A stretch of DNA of 64,000 bases from a virus. This document shows positions 38,090 through 47,585 of the stretch, piece by piece (the stretch's first letter is position 1; each line of letters opens with the position of its first letter). The DNA lies in IMG/VR virus record IMGVR_UViG_3300005329_000002, positions 2,670-66,669 of that record; one strand, 5' to 3'. The position numbers were made by a program, and so were the translations under genes. The notes under the pieces are model-generated. The model made no database searches. It was not told the origin of the DNA and saw only the letters and a list, made by a program, of their open reading frames with translations.

Positions 38090-38344
38090 TCATGACTTGG
38101 CCTTTGCCTTCTTCGACTTCTTGACCTTTTTCACGGGCTTGTTCCACGAGCGCGGATTCTCAATGAATCCATCGCCAGCAAGCTCGGTGTATTCGCTCTG
38201 ATCGCGCAAGCGCTGAAGCTCTGAAATCGCGTTGCGGCAAGCGTAGCGAATGATCTTGTCCTTGTTGCGAAGCTTCCACCAGCGCTTTACCTGCCCGCGA
38301 AAGTGCTTTTGCAATTTCGTTTTCCGTGCGCCCTTGACCTTCAT
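38090..38344 (-). CDS. basic hypothetical protein
   Basis: K/R-rich ORF, packing. Confidence 0.55.
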   Translation of the reverse strand: MKVKGARKTKLQKHFRGQVKRWWKLRNKDKIIRYACRNAISELQRLRDQSEYTELAGDGFIENPRSWNKPVKKVKKSKKAKAKS

Positions 38345-38475
38345 GACTCGATCCTTCGAAGCGCTGCGATCAACGTCCTGATTTCACTCGCTCGACGCTC
38401 GCGGTGTGGCCAGAGCGCTGCGATCCTTTCCCTGAAGCTCGTTCCCATGATGATCCTTTCTGTCGGTGTTCCACC

Positions 38476-38504
38476 ACTCTAGCAAATAGAAATTCGTTTG
38501 TCAA
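38476..38504 (-). promoter_or_regulatory. sigma70-type promoter
   Basis: TTGACA-17-TAGAGT. Confidence 0.85.
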
Positions 38505-38641
38505 GTCTTTCCTTTGTTCCTCAGAACCCATCTGCCATTCGTGAATTTGTAAACGCGCCCACACGAACAGCGCTTGACTAGGGGATGATCCGTGTTGAGA
38601 ACGTACCTCGTGACAACGAATTTATGCTTGTGATTCTTCAT
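38501..38641 (-). CDS. leaderless small protein (46 aa)
   Basis: ATG 7 nt from the -10 box; MKNHKHKFVVTRYVLNTDHPLVKRCSCGR... Confidence 0.55.
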   Translation of the reverse strand: MKNHKHKFVVTRYVLNTDHPLVKRCSCGRVYKFTNGRWVLRNKGKT

Positions 38642-38647
38642 GCCGTG

Positions 38648-38676
38648 ATCCTAGCATAATGAAATTCGGTTGTCAA
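38648..38676 (-). promoter_or_regulatory. sigma70-type promoter
   Basis: TTGACA-17-TAGGAT. Confidence 0.85.
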
Positions 38677-38877
38677 GTACCAAAATGAAATGACCCTCCC
38701 GCCGTAGTGAGAGGGCCATTTCTCTGAGCCGCCAGAAAGGTGTAAAGAACGGCTCAGTCTTTCCAATCCACAATTTCATATCATCAATGTTGGTCTTACG
38801 CTACCGGGAACGACCCGGATTTTTCACGTCAGTCCGCGTAGCTGCCATGATCCTAATTTACGCTTCTAAATTCAACT

Positions 38878-39198
38878 CTAACCTCCTGGTGCGCATGCCG
38901 TAGGCGTCACCGTGACCGAGACGTGCGGATTCCATGCCCCGACATAGATCGCCGTGACGTGCGTGTAGTCCGGCGAATCCGCTCGGGTTACATGGTGCCC
39001 GTCAACGACAATCTCCATAATTTCACAAGAGTAGTCTGCCGTGAAATTCGTTGCATTGTCGTTGAACGTGAAGCTGTGAACAGTCTCAGTCGGTGCCGAC
39101 GAAAGAGCGGGCTTGCTCTGCGCGTCATGAATCGCGCTGAAATACAGAGCCACGAAACAGAACGCTGCGAGAATGAGTCCGATCTTCTTCAATTTCAT
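38878..39198 (-). CDS. secreted hypothetical protein
   Basis: AAAGGGGGT RBS; MKLKKIGLILAAFCFVALYFS signal peptide. Confidence 0.6.
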   Translation of the reverse strand: MKLKKIGLILAAFCFVALYFSAIHDAQSKPALSSAPTETVHSFTFNDNATNFTADYSCEIMEIVVDGHHVTRADSPDYTHVTAIYVGAWNPHVSVTVTPTACAPGG

Positions 39199-39364
39199 AC
39201 ACCCCCTTTCGGCTTGTTGTAGTGCGATCCGCCCCAAGCATACCCACGCCCTCGGCGGCACAAGTGCAATCCTCCGTGGCCATACTCGCGTGTGCAAATA
39301 TAACCCTCGGGTGAGCGAGCTAGACAACGCCCACCAAGCAGCATTTCAAGGACGCGACCGAGCA

Positions 39365-39664
39365 TCAGTTGTCCCTCGCAATTTCACTGCGCCTCGCGTC
39401 GAGAAGAGCCTCCACGAGCATTTCAGCGTGCATGGTGTCGCCTGCAATCGAGCCGAGAATCAAGCTGATTGGAATTGGCTGCTGGCCCAACGATCCCATC
39501 ACAACGGCGGATAGAACAATGATGGCCTTCAGTCGCATCGCCACGTCGCCAACCGTGAATTCCTCTTCTCGCTCGGCGGCAAGCTCGTCAACGACCTTCT
39601 TGATTTCGTTGACCGCCTCACCCAAGTTCTTGCCATCCATATCAGGCATTTGAAATTCTGACAT
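39365..39664 (-). CDS. hypothetical protein
   Basis: GACAGAAAGGGG RBS downstream of promoter. Confidence 0.6.
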   Translation of the reverse strand: MSEFQMPDMDGKNLGEAVNEIKKVVDELAAEREEEFTVGDVAMRLKAIIVLSAVVMGSLGQQPIPISLILGSIAGDTMHAEMLVEALLDARRSEIARDN

Positions 39665-39695
39665 TTCGATCCCCTTTCTGTCTGATCGGTAATTC

Positions 39696-39724
39696 ACTCT
39701 AGCATCCCTAGGAGGGATTGTCAA
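39696..39724 (-). promoter_or_regulatory. sigma70-type promoter with ATCCCTAGGAGG spacer motif
   Basis: TTGACA-17-TAGAGT. Confidence 0.85.
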
Positions 39725-39960
39725 GCACGAAAGTTCCGCCTAGCTCAACCACTTCCTCAGCCGTGAGCGGGTGGTGATTACAGTCGCCGCAATTGTCCGG
39801 CTGCTTGCAGACAGGACAAAGCTCAGTGCCCTCGGGCCACTGAATTTCGGAATTCATCTGAGCCTGCTGGCGCTCGGCTGCGCTCCTGTAATCCATTTCA
39901 AGCTGAACATCGTGCTTCTGCTCGTGTTCCTGCTGCGCTCGCCGTGCCCTCTCGATTTCC

Positions 39961-40188
39961 TCACGCATTGCGCACCCCCAACTGAAGATCGCACTCAAGC
40001 TTGAACTGAAATTCGCCTGCGATGAAGCGAAGGTGTTCAAGCTCTTCGATGGCATGCTTCAACTCGTCGCGTGTCGGCTCGTGATCCGGCTCGGAGAAGA
40101 TTTCAGCGACCTCCCCGAATTCCTCCGCGACCTTTGCGAGCCAGACGGACGGCGGGTAATCCTTGGCTGTCCACTTCTTGCGGTTCAT
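39961..40188 (-). CDS. MazG-like NTP pyrophosphohydrolase
   Basis: WLAKVAEEFGEVAE...IEELEHL (EExGE..EELxD-like). Confidence 0.6.
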   Translation of the reverse strand: MNRKKWTAKDYPPSVWLAKVAEEFGEVAEIFSEPDHEPTRDELKHAIEELEHLRFIAGEFQFKLECDLQLGVRNA

Positions 40189-40216
40189 GCTGCCCCCTTT
40201 CTGTCGGTGTCGCCAC

Positions 40217-40245
40217 ACTCTAGCAGAATGAAATTCGCTTGTCAA
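40217..40245 (-). promoter_or_regulatory. sigma70-type promoter
   Basis: TTGACA-17-TAGAGT. Confidence 0.85.
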
Positions 40246-40248
40246 GTC

Positions 40249-40512
40249 TTACCAACCTCGACTGCGAAAGGAATCATCCCGAACGCTGCTCCAACCCTGA
40301 TTTGTAATTGGCTCGATCTGCCCTTCGTCAAGAAGCTCGCTGCCCGCGAACACTGCGTACTTGCCGTCCTTGTGCGCGAGAACGTGAATATGGTGGAATT
40401 TCAGTTTCATCACTTCGCCGTCCTCTAGCTCTTCTAGCTCGCACTCAAGCTCGTCAACGTAACCGCGTGTCCGCTCGACAAGCGCTCTCAGTTGTCCTCT
40501 AGTGATCTTCAT
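40249..40512 (-). CDS. hypothetical protein
   Basis: GGAGG RBS. Confidence 0.55.
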   Translation of the reverse strand: MKITRGQLRALVERTRGYVDELECELEELEDGEVMKLKFHHIHVLAHKDGKYAVFAGSELLDEGQIEPITNQGWSSVRDDSFRSRGW

Positions 40513-40796
40513 TTCCGCCTCCCTATTCGCTTTTCAATTTCAATCACTGCGGGGTAAACCTCCGGTGCTGTGGGATCGCCGTGCTGGTGTTGCTCTGTGA
40601 CGTTGAGATTGTAATTGTGCTGATCCCTGTGGAATGCGTTTGCGATATCCCGCGCTGCTCCGATCATCGCATCCACGAGGAACATCAGAATTCCAATCCC
40701 CATGATCCCGTAAAACGTTTCATGCCAACTCGCTCCGAACCCTTGAAAAAGAACTACCAACACGAGCGTCGTCAATAGAAATTGTCTCATTCGCAA
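40509..40796 (-). CDS. membrane protein (2 TM)
   Basis: Two hydrophobic segments; AGGAGG RBS. Confidence 0.6.
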   Translation of the reverse strand: MRMRQFLLTTLVLVVLFQGFGASWHETFYGIMGIGILMFLVDAMIGAARDIANAFHRDQHNYNLNVTEQHQHGDPTAPEVYPAVIEIEKRIGRRK

Positions 40797-40818
40797 ACCT
40801 CCTAGGGATAGTTCTCTG

Positions 40819-40854
40819 AAAAAAACAGAGGGGAGGGAATTTCACCCTCCCCTC
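40819..40854 (-). terminator. rho-independent terminator
   Basis: GAGGGGAGGG/CCCTCCCCCTC stem followed by TGTTTTTTT on the minus strand. Confidence 0.8.
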
Positions 40855-40868
40855 GACGGAACCCTCAC

Positions 40869-41630
40869 CTAGCGCTTGCGAGCGGCCTTGCGTCCTGCCT
40901 TCTTAGCCGCTGCGCGGCCTCCTGAGCGCTTCGTGGCCTTAGCCTTGGTCGTGCTGCCCTTTGGCCGTCCGCGCCCGCGAGAAGCCTTCTGAGTGCCCTT
41001 GCTGGCCGACTTCCGCGAGCCTGCCCGCTTGAACTTCCCTTCGCCCGTTCCGCCAGTGCCGTACTCGACGCGATTCTTGGACTCGGTGTGCTGTCCAGTC
41101 GCCATCGCGAACGCCCAAGCGTTTCTTGAAATTAGGTAGCGAAGGTAATCCTGCCGCTCGGACTTGTTGCGAGTGCGGCCCTGCCGCGTCCGCTTCGGCA
41201 CGAGCTTGTCGATCTTCGGAAGCAGCGCCTTGTAAGCCTGCTCACGATTTCCCTTCGCCTTGCGAAGAGCCTTGACGATCACGTCCGGCACGGAACCCTC
41301 GCGGGGATTCCAACCGTCCGTCTTGCTGAATTTCACGTTGCCGAGCGTGTTGCGTCCGCCCTTGTTGCCGTTGGACGTGGACGCGCTCGCCTTGCGGGTA
41401 GTCGCCTTGCGCGTGGTCGCCTTCTTTGCTGGCCGTCCGCGCTTCGCAACTGCCTTGCTCGCCTTCGTCGCCTTTTTCACGACGCGCTTGCCGCGAGCCT
41501 TCGTGCCGCTGCCGTTCGATGCCTGAGCGATCAGCTTCTTAAGCTCAGCGCTCGACTCTGCGGCGCGAATTTCCTTTACCGGGACTCCGGCCTGCTTCGC
41601 CTTGTCCCTCAGAGCCTTCATGCCTGCCAT
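40869..41630 (-). CDS. histone-like Lys/Arg/Ala-rich DNA-binding protein
   Basis: KKATTRKATTRKA repeats, KRGRP/RGRGRP AT-hook-like motifs flanking a folded core; own promoter and terminator. Confidence 0.7.
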   Translation of the reverse strand: MAGMKALRDKAKQAGVPVKEIRAAESSAELKKLIAQASNGSGTKARGKRVVKKATKASKAVAKRGRPAKKATTRKATTRKASASTSNGNKGGRNTLGNVKFSKTDGWNPREGSVPDVIVKALRKAKGNREQAYKALLPKIDKLVPKRTRQGRTRNKSERQDYLRYLISRNAWAFAMATGQHTESKNRVEYGTGGTGEGKFKRAGSRKSASKGTQKASRGRGRPKGSTTKAKATKRSGGRAAAKKAGRKAARKR

Positions 41631-41681
41631 TGCTGGCCTCCCTTCGTTGACTTCGGGCTTGCTTGCTCAATCACGCTGGAC

Positions 41682-41710
41682 AATTTATCAGCCCTCGCAG
41701 AATTTGTCAA
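41682..41710 (-). promoter_or_regulatory. sigma70-type promoter
   Basis: TTGACA-17-TAAATT. Confidence 0.75.
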
Positions 41711-41719
41711 GGGGTAAAT

Positions 41720-42112
41720 TTATGGCCCAACCATAAGGGTTTGCTTGTCGCCTGCTACCTCGACTGTCATCTCAGCGATGCCGTCCTCAGTATCAATTGA
41801 CGTGACCCACACATCGCCAAACTGCAATTCGCCTCGATCTATCGGGCCTGCCCAAACCGCTGCAACCTTCGACCGCAAGTAACCCATGTGCATGCCCGCG
41901 TAAGGGTTATCGAAGTGCTTCGCGACGATCACCTTAATTGCATTCTCGTCGTGGAGGTTTTCTGGCTCACGCTCCAATTTCACTTTGAACGGAACGTGAT
42001 GCCTCATCATCCTTCGGGTTGGCTTCGTCACCCGATACTGAATGCCGACAACCGATAGCTCAAGCTTCTTGAATTTCACTTTGCCTTTTTTCTTGGGCTT
42101 CTTAGCTGCCAT
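41720..42112 (-). CDS. HIRAN domain protein
   Basis: VVGIQYR, LEREPENLHDENAIKV, MGYL. Confidence 0.85.
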   Translation of the reverse strand: MAAKKPKKKGKVKFKKLELSVVGIQYRVTKPTRRMMRHHVPFKVKLEREPENLHDENAIKVIVAKHFDNPYAGMHMGYLRSKVAAVWAGPIDRGELQFGDVWVTSIDTEDGIAEMTVEVAGDKQTLMVGP

Positions 42113-42350
42113 CGCTGCTCGGCCTTCCTGGTCGCAAGTCCGCGATGATCGCAAGAATTTCACGCGCCTGATCTGGACTCCAAAGCCTGACCTGATTCTG
42201 GCCGCGCTTCACTCGTGCCGCTTTTGGAATTCGACCTTGCCGCTCAAGCTGCCTGATCCTAGACGGATCACGCTTCACGAATCGAGCTAGCTCAGCGATG
42301 GTGTAATAGTCCCTGAACTTCTTCGGCTTTAGAAATTCTAAGTCCCTCAT
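42102..42350 (-). CDS. MerR-like HTH protein
   Basis: YTIAELARFVKRDPSRIRQLERQGRIP...RLWS. Confidence 0.8.
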   Translation of the reverse strand: MRDLEFLKPKKFRDYYTIAELARFVKRDPSRIRQLERQGRIPKAARVKRGQNQVRLWSPDQAREILAIIADLRPGRPSSDGS

Positions 42351-42859
42351 TCGTTGCTCCCGTAAATGCGAAGGAACGGAGCTTTTTCATCCTCGACAAA
42401 CGCTGCTGCGATTTCTTTTTCAGTTAGCAGCCCTTCGTCAATGCACTCCTGAATACCTTCGGGGTCTGGCACACGCTTTGTGACCCGTTTCCAGACTTGA
42501 ACAAACTTGGGCTTGCTAGGGAATTTCTTTTTGAGGATCGACCGCAAGCTCTTCGTGCCCTTCGGCATGCTTCTTTCAATTTCATTATCGTTCAAGAGCC
42601 AACGCCGATTGTGTCCTGCTCTGACTAGCACTGCATACTGATCCCCTTCCAGTTGAATTTTCTCAATGCCGTTCTCAACCGCGTAACGTGTTGCTGCCCG
42701 CTTAAGCTCGGTTGCGTCCTGCCGCATTTCATCGATCCCTTGCTCTTTCTCAATCGTTGAAATGTCCTCAGCTAGCTCCTGCATCAGCGCCAGCGCTGAT
42801 TTTAGCTGCTTCTGCGATTTCAAAACGTACTCGCCGTTATCCCGCCTTGTCAGCGCCAT
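42347..42859 (-). CDS. hypothetical protein
   Basis: ORF with RBS; coiled-coil N-half. Confidence 0.6.
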   Translation of the reverse strand: MALTRRDNGEYVLKSQKQLKSALALMQELAEDISTIEKEQGIDEMRQDATELKRAATRYAVENGIEKIQLEGDQYAVLVRAGHNRRWLLNDNEIERSMPKGTKSLRSILKKKFPSKPKFVQVWKRVTKRVPDPEGIQECIDEGLLTEKEIAAAFVEDEKAPFLRIYGSNE

Positions 42860-44184
42860 GCCTTCCTCCTAGATCGCTTGATTGAAATTCCATTCTTCTT
42901 GTAAGTCCGCCTGCGCTCGCTCCATTGTCGGCGTAGAACTCGGATGCGCCAGTCAACGAAATCGTAAATTACTGCGTTCCGCTTTTCAGGGTGCTTTCTG
43001 ATTGCTCGTCCGATCTGCTGAATGATGCGCCCCTCATGCTTGCCAGGATGAACGAGAAGAACCCGATTAAGTCGCTGAACGTCGAGCGCTTCATCGGCAA
43101 GCTGTGTTGAAAAGACAATTCGTAGGGTGCCGTCCCGTAGCTCGGAAATGATTCGGCGTCTATCTTGACGTGTCCGTTTGCCGGTGAGAATCTCTCCTGA
43201 GCTTCCGTCAACCAATTCTGCAATTCTTTGAAGGTGTTCGATCCTTCGGGAGAGAACGAGAACTGAATTTCCACCGTTAACCTCGGCATTGATTACCTCC
43301 GCAATCTGTCGGTTTCGCTTTTCATCTGACACAAGCGCATTCAAAAGCCGTGACCAATCGAAGCGGCCTCGATACGGGAAATAGAATTTCGTCTTGACCC
43401 TGACAACCTTCAAGTCAACCGGGCTTGAAAAAGCCTGACGGTGGATGATCGGGCCAATGATGAATTTCATTGTCGGATGCATGCCGTCTGCACGAGACTC
43501 CGACGCTGTAAATCCGAATCGGTATCGAGCAGGGCATGTATTCAGTACCGCCTCAAAGCTTGCCGCGCTCGCATGGTGAGCTTCATCGAGAATTACACAA
43601 CCGAACTGCGCCCACCAACTCTTAGGCTTTTCAGAAATGAATTTCCTAAGCGTCTGCACTGACGCAATCGTTATGTCTCCGACGCGCTCTTTCGTTCCTT
43701 GAATGATCCCCACGCGAGCGTCCGGCACTGCGGCCCTCGTGTAATCGACCCACTGATCTAGAATGTCTTTCGTGTGCGTAATTACAAGCACCTTCGTTTC
43801 TACGTCCGCCGCAAATTTAAGCGCGATCTGAGTCTTGCCCGTGCCCGGTGGACGGATGATTAGCCCCTGCTCGTTTTCAAACATCGCCTCGACCGCTGCG
43901 CTCTGCCCCCGGAAGCGCTGATCCTTCTCTACATCATCCAATTTCAAAACGAACTGTAAGCGATCCCTATGCGGAAACGCTCGGCGGTCGTAATACTCCA
44001 CTGAGGACGGTAGAAGGCTCCACGCGCCACGAGGGAGCTTCGTATAGCCCCTTGTGAGGACGCGCCTGAAGCACTCGACAAGCTCGCCCTTGTCATTCAC
44101 GAACGTCAGTTGCTTTTCAAGCTTCTGCCACTGACGCGCAGTTAGCTCGTCGTTGTCGAGCTTAATGAAATTACTGACGATCAA
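42850..44184 (-). CDS. superfamily 2 (DEAH) helicase, UvsW/XPB-like (start approximate)
   Basis: PPGTGKT, ILDEAHH, FTAS, QQIGRAIR, IYDFVD. Confidence 0.9.
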   Translation of the reverse strand: MIVSNFIKLDNDELTARQWQKLEKQLTFVNDKGELVECFRRVLTRGYTKLPRGAWSLLPSSVEYYDRRAFPHRDRLQFVLKLDDVEKDQRFRGQSAAVEAMFENEQGLIIRPPGTGKTQIALKFAADVETKVLVITHTKDILDQWVDYTRAAVPDARVGIIQGTKERVGDITIASVQTLRKFISEKPKSWWAQFGCVILDEAHHASAASFEAVLNTCPARYRFGFTASESRADGMHPTMKFIIGPIIHRQAFSSPVDLKVVRVKTKFYFPYRGRFDWSRLLNALVSDEKRNRQIAEVINAEVNGGNSVLVLSRRIEHLQRIAELVDGSSGEILTGKRTRQDRRRIISELRDGTLRIVFSTQLADEALDVQRLNRVLLVHPGKHEGRIIQQIGRAIRKHPEKRNAVIYDFVDWRIRVLRRQWSERRRTYKKNGISIKRSRRKAWR

Positions 44185-44398
44185 TGAAGTGTCGCCCGTT
44201 GAAACCGAGCTTCTTGTTGAATTCATCCTGACCGTCTGCCTCGTCAATTCGAAGCGTGTAGATCGGAATGCGCTCGGACTCATCCTTGGTCATTGAAATT
44301 CCATGAACTTGAATCGGCACTTGTTCCTTGCGGCCTGACTTGAGCAAAGCATCGAGATTCTTCTTCCCGATGCGGAGCGTAATTTCAACTAGTTCCAT
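44171..44398 (-). CDS. hypothetical protein
   Basis: First gene after promoter 44428-44455. Confidence 0.6.
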   Translation of the reverse strand: MELVEITLRIGKKNLDALLKSGRKEQVPIQVHGISMTKDESERIPIYTLRIDEADGQDEFNKKLGFNGRHFIDRQ

Positions 44399-44427
44399 TG
44401 CTTCCCCTTTCGTCGCGTGTATTTGAG

Positions 44428-44455
44428 ATTATATCCTCCTAGGGATATTTGTCAA
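44428..44455 (-). promoter_or_regulatory. consensus promoter with ATCCCTAGGAGG spacer motif
   Basis: TTGACA-16-TATAAT. Confidence 0.85.
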
Positions 44456-45216
44456 ACCTCACCCTCGGACTCGACAGGCTGGCCACGGTTTCTCTCCTGA
44501 ACCATCCACTCCATGATCGCGAGCGCGTCGTAGCGGTCGTCCGGCTGCACTGCTTTAGCTTTCGATCCCTCGGGCCTTGGCATCATTGCGCCGCCTCGTG
44601 AAATCAAGTCTGGCCACTCTGGAATTTCATTCGGGTAAGTGTGCTGCCATCCGTAGCCTTGGCACGAGAGCGCCCATTCCTTTGAGCGCATTTTTCCCTC
44701 GACGCCCTTGCCGTATTTGGAATGGTGAATTGTAATTCCCAAATCCTCGGCCACGATCTGCTTCCACTGCCACGCGCCGATCTGGAAAATGTTTTTGAAG
44801 CCACTCTTGAGAAGGCCGCTCAGGAATGCTCCTGAAATTTCCGCCTGCTGCTTGAGCGACTGGCTCCCACCACGAACAATGTTCCTGCCCGGTGGCCACG
44901 GCTCTTCTTGCGCGATGAAAACGTGCTCAGGCTCAACTGTAATTCCAAGCGCCGCTTGAAGTTCCCAGATGAAATTCTGCCCCTGACCGACTTCTGTAAT
45001 TCGATCGAAATAGTGGTCATCCTTGTTCCACCTAACCATTAGAAATTCCGGGCCTTTCCAAGCCCGGAGCGTTTTGTGGTACGCAATGCTGGCTGCTGCC
45101 ACGCTTGATAAGGAAATGTCAAACCCGACGATTTGAACCGATGCTAGGTCTGAAATTTTCTTGCGCTTTTTTCTGACACCCGGCTTGCGTCTCAATTTTG
45201 GGATCGGTTTACTCAT
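44452..45216 (-). CDS. RuvC-like Holliday junction resolvase
   Basis: IVGFDISLSS, FIAQEE, QWKQ, DDRYDALAI acidic tetrad. Confidence 0.7.
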   Translation of the reverse strand: MSKPIPKLRRKPGVRKKRKKISDLASVQIVGFDISLSSVAAASIAYHKTLRAWKGPEFLMVRWNKDDHYFDRITEVGQGQNFIWELQAALGITVEPEHVFIAQEEPWPPGRNIVRGGSQSLKQQAEISGAFLSGLLKSGFKNIFQIGAWQWKQIVAEDLGITIHHSKYGKGVEGKMRSKEWALSCQGYGWQHTYPNEIPEWPDLISRGGAMMPRPEGSKAKAVQPDDRYDALAIMEWMVQERNRGQPVESEGEV

Positions 45217-45580
45217 CGTCGTCGTGCCTCCCACAGTCCGGCACCTGAAATTCGTGATCCCTGATCCTGACGTGTGGAGTGTGGGCGCGTAGCTCGATCA
45301 ACAGCGTCTTGGCTTTGTCCTGCGCATTTGTTCTGTCGATCCGCGTACCGAACTCGTTGTATATGTCTTGAATTTCAACGGCCCACACGTTGATGATTTC
45401 CTTGGTCGGTACTTCGTCGGCCCGCATCGTGCTTCCGCCGTCGCCCTTACGCACTACCGATTGCTTCTTTTCAAACTCCACGAGCGCGTCGGCGTCCTCT
45501 TCGATCCGCGTCTGCCTGACCTTGCCCTTGGCAATTACAGCGCCCTTCTTTTTCTTCTTGACTGGAATCTTCTTAGACAC
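45209..45580 (-). CDS. hypothetical protein with KKIPVKKK N-terminus
   Basis: ORF track. Confidence 0.6.
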   Translation of the reverse strand: MSKKIPVKKKKKGAVIAKGKVRQTRIEEDADALVEFEKKQSVVRKGDGGSTMRADEVPTKEIINVWAVEIQDIYNEFGTRIDRTNAQDKAKTLLIELRAHTPHVRIRDHEFQVPDCGRHDDDE

Positions 45581-45754
45581 GCTCGATTTCCTTCGGCGTC
45601 ACAAGAATTTCTTTTCCAGCCTTGGTCATGATGATGTAAGACTGAGGATCGTCAAGCACAGTTGTAATTGTCCCAATGGCATCAGCGCGGAAACGATCCT
45701 TCTTGCCACCTTCGAACCAGCGCACTTTGTCACCGAGCTTGAAATGGTCGGCCA

Positions 45755-46153
45755 TTAGCTCACCTTCCTTCCGCACAGAGGAACGCCGCATCGGTTAGGG
45801 AATTTCCACTTAGCCACTTGAATGTCCAAGTTCGCCGCTGCGATCAACAAGCGAACGGCGATGTAAATGAAATTGCGCTCCTGAATCATTTCCTCAATGT
45901 TGACAGTCACCCTGCCGTCCGGTGTCTGCACAGTGGCGGACGGACGCCCTGCCATCGCCTTCATCTGAGTCACAAGACGATCTACAGCCTCCCTCGTGCC
46001 CTCGTCCTGCTTCTTCAGAAATTTCATTGCCCAAGCGTAGCGAGCGTCCGTCTCTTCGTCGTATTCGGCCAGCACCTTTTTCAAGTAGCGCTCGTGTTGA
46101 GCGCTGCTGAGCTTCTTCTTGGCCTTCTTCTTGACTGGAATCTTCTTAGCCAT
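45755..46153 (-). CDS. hypothetical protein with KKIPVKKK N-terminus
   Basis: ORF track. Confidence 0.6.
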   Translation of the reverse strand: MAKKIPVKKKAKKKLSSAQHERYLKKVLAEYDEETDARYAWAMKFLKKQDEGTREAVDRLVTQMKAMAGRPSATVQTPDGRVTVNIEEMIQERNFIYIAVRLLIAAANLDIQVAKWKFPNRCGVPLCGRKVS

Positions 46154-46324
46154 CTGTCAGTGGCTTCGCTTTCATTTCGTAAATTTCAAGCATCGCATGG
46201 TCAACACAAGCTTCAATCGGCACTGCGTTGACAACGAAAAGCTCGTTCACTACGGATTCCAAGATCATGCGATACTCGTCAACGTCCACAACTGTAAATT
46301 GCGCCCCTTTCAAGTCTGAAAGTT

Positions 46325-46618
46325 TCATCCGAAGATACCCCCTCCCTGCGGCTTTCCGTCCTCCCAAATCGCGTATCGAATTTCACGGTAGTCGTCCATA
46401 TCGTCACCGTACTGACTACGCCTCACCAATCGGTCGTAAATCACAAATACAACTTCCATCGTCCGATTGAGAATCGAATCTGAAATTGTGTACCGCTGGA
46501 CGGTATGAATACGCACAGGGCCGGTGCCAATGACAATACGCTCTAGGTGATCCTTGATCTTGGCTTGCGTGAGCTTGCTTCGCCGCCTTGGAGAACGAAT
46601 TACATTTACGCTTTTCAT
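46325..46618 (-). CDS. hypothetical protein
   Basis: ORF track, overlap packing. Confidence 0.5.
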   Translation of the reverse strand: MKSVNVIRSPRRRSKLTQAKIKDHLERIVIGTGPVRIHTVQRYTISDSILNRTMEVVFVIYDRLVRRSQYGDDMDDYREIRYAIWEDGKPQGGGIFG

Positions 46619-47279
46619 GGTATGCGGCTTTCAATCCTGCGAACCCACCAGCAGCCCGTACATTTCGCGATGGTGTACGCGGTGTCAGACTGACCGCCTG
46701 TAGCAAGCGCCTTCTGCGGCCACAAAGCATGATCGCACTCACTCTGATACTGCTCGATCAATTTCAGCCACGGAGCATTGCCATTGTTCTCGTTTAGAAA
46801 TTCCTCAATGTCTGAGGTTTCTCGCACAGTCCGCTTCAGCGTTTTCACGAGCGACTTGCTGCCCTTCGGACGGCCTGCTCGTCTGCGCTTCGTTGGCTGC
46901 GCCTTCTGAAATGTGGTCTTGACTGATCGCTGACCCCTAGGCATCTGCGTCCACCACGTTCCTCCGGATTTCAATGTGCAGGAATCCGTCAACATCATTC
47001 GCCTGCCTCAAAAGCGGACGAATTACCTCAAGCAAGTCCTGAACATCTTCAAGCTCGCTCGGATCGTGGTCAACCATCTTGAGAATTTCCAGAGTAGCCA
47101 TTAACCCCTCCCTCCTGAGAATGCATCGACAAGCACGAGGTAGGTAAGCGTCGTGATAACCACCACGGCGCACCAAATCAGGAAGAGTGAAATTACAACG
47201 TAAAGCGTCGATCTGAAAATCGACCCAAACGTTCGGTAGGAGTATGCCTCGATATCGGCCTCGTAGTCGTAGGGTGCCA

Positions 47280-47459
47280 TTACGCGGCCTCGATAGTGAC
47301 TACGATTTCACTCGGGTTGCCGAGCTTCTTGATCGCATCCTTGCTGACGTACACGTTTGAAATTGCTGCATCGTCCGCGTCTGCATCGAATCGGACAACG
47401 TGCTTCTTCTCCTGCGGCTCACTCAGCGTTACCTTCACGCTCTTGCTCTTGCTGGCCAT
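47280..47459 (-). CDS. small protein (59 aa)
   Basis: AAGGGAGG RBS; MASKSKSVKVTLSEPQEKKHVVRFD...YVSKDAIKKLGNP. Confidence 0.6.
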   Translation of the reverse strand: MASKSKSVKVTLSEPQEKKHVVRFDADADDAAISNVYVSKDAIKKLGNPSEIVVTIEAA

Positions 47460-47585
47460 GTGGCCTCCCTTCAGTCGGATTGAAATTAACAGGCGATGCG
47501 GGACTCTATCTCAGCAACCCCCGCTGTTCCTAATTCCAGAAAAGCTACCCCGACTAAGCCGGGACTCTTCATCGCCTGCCCAACC

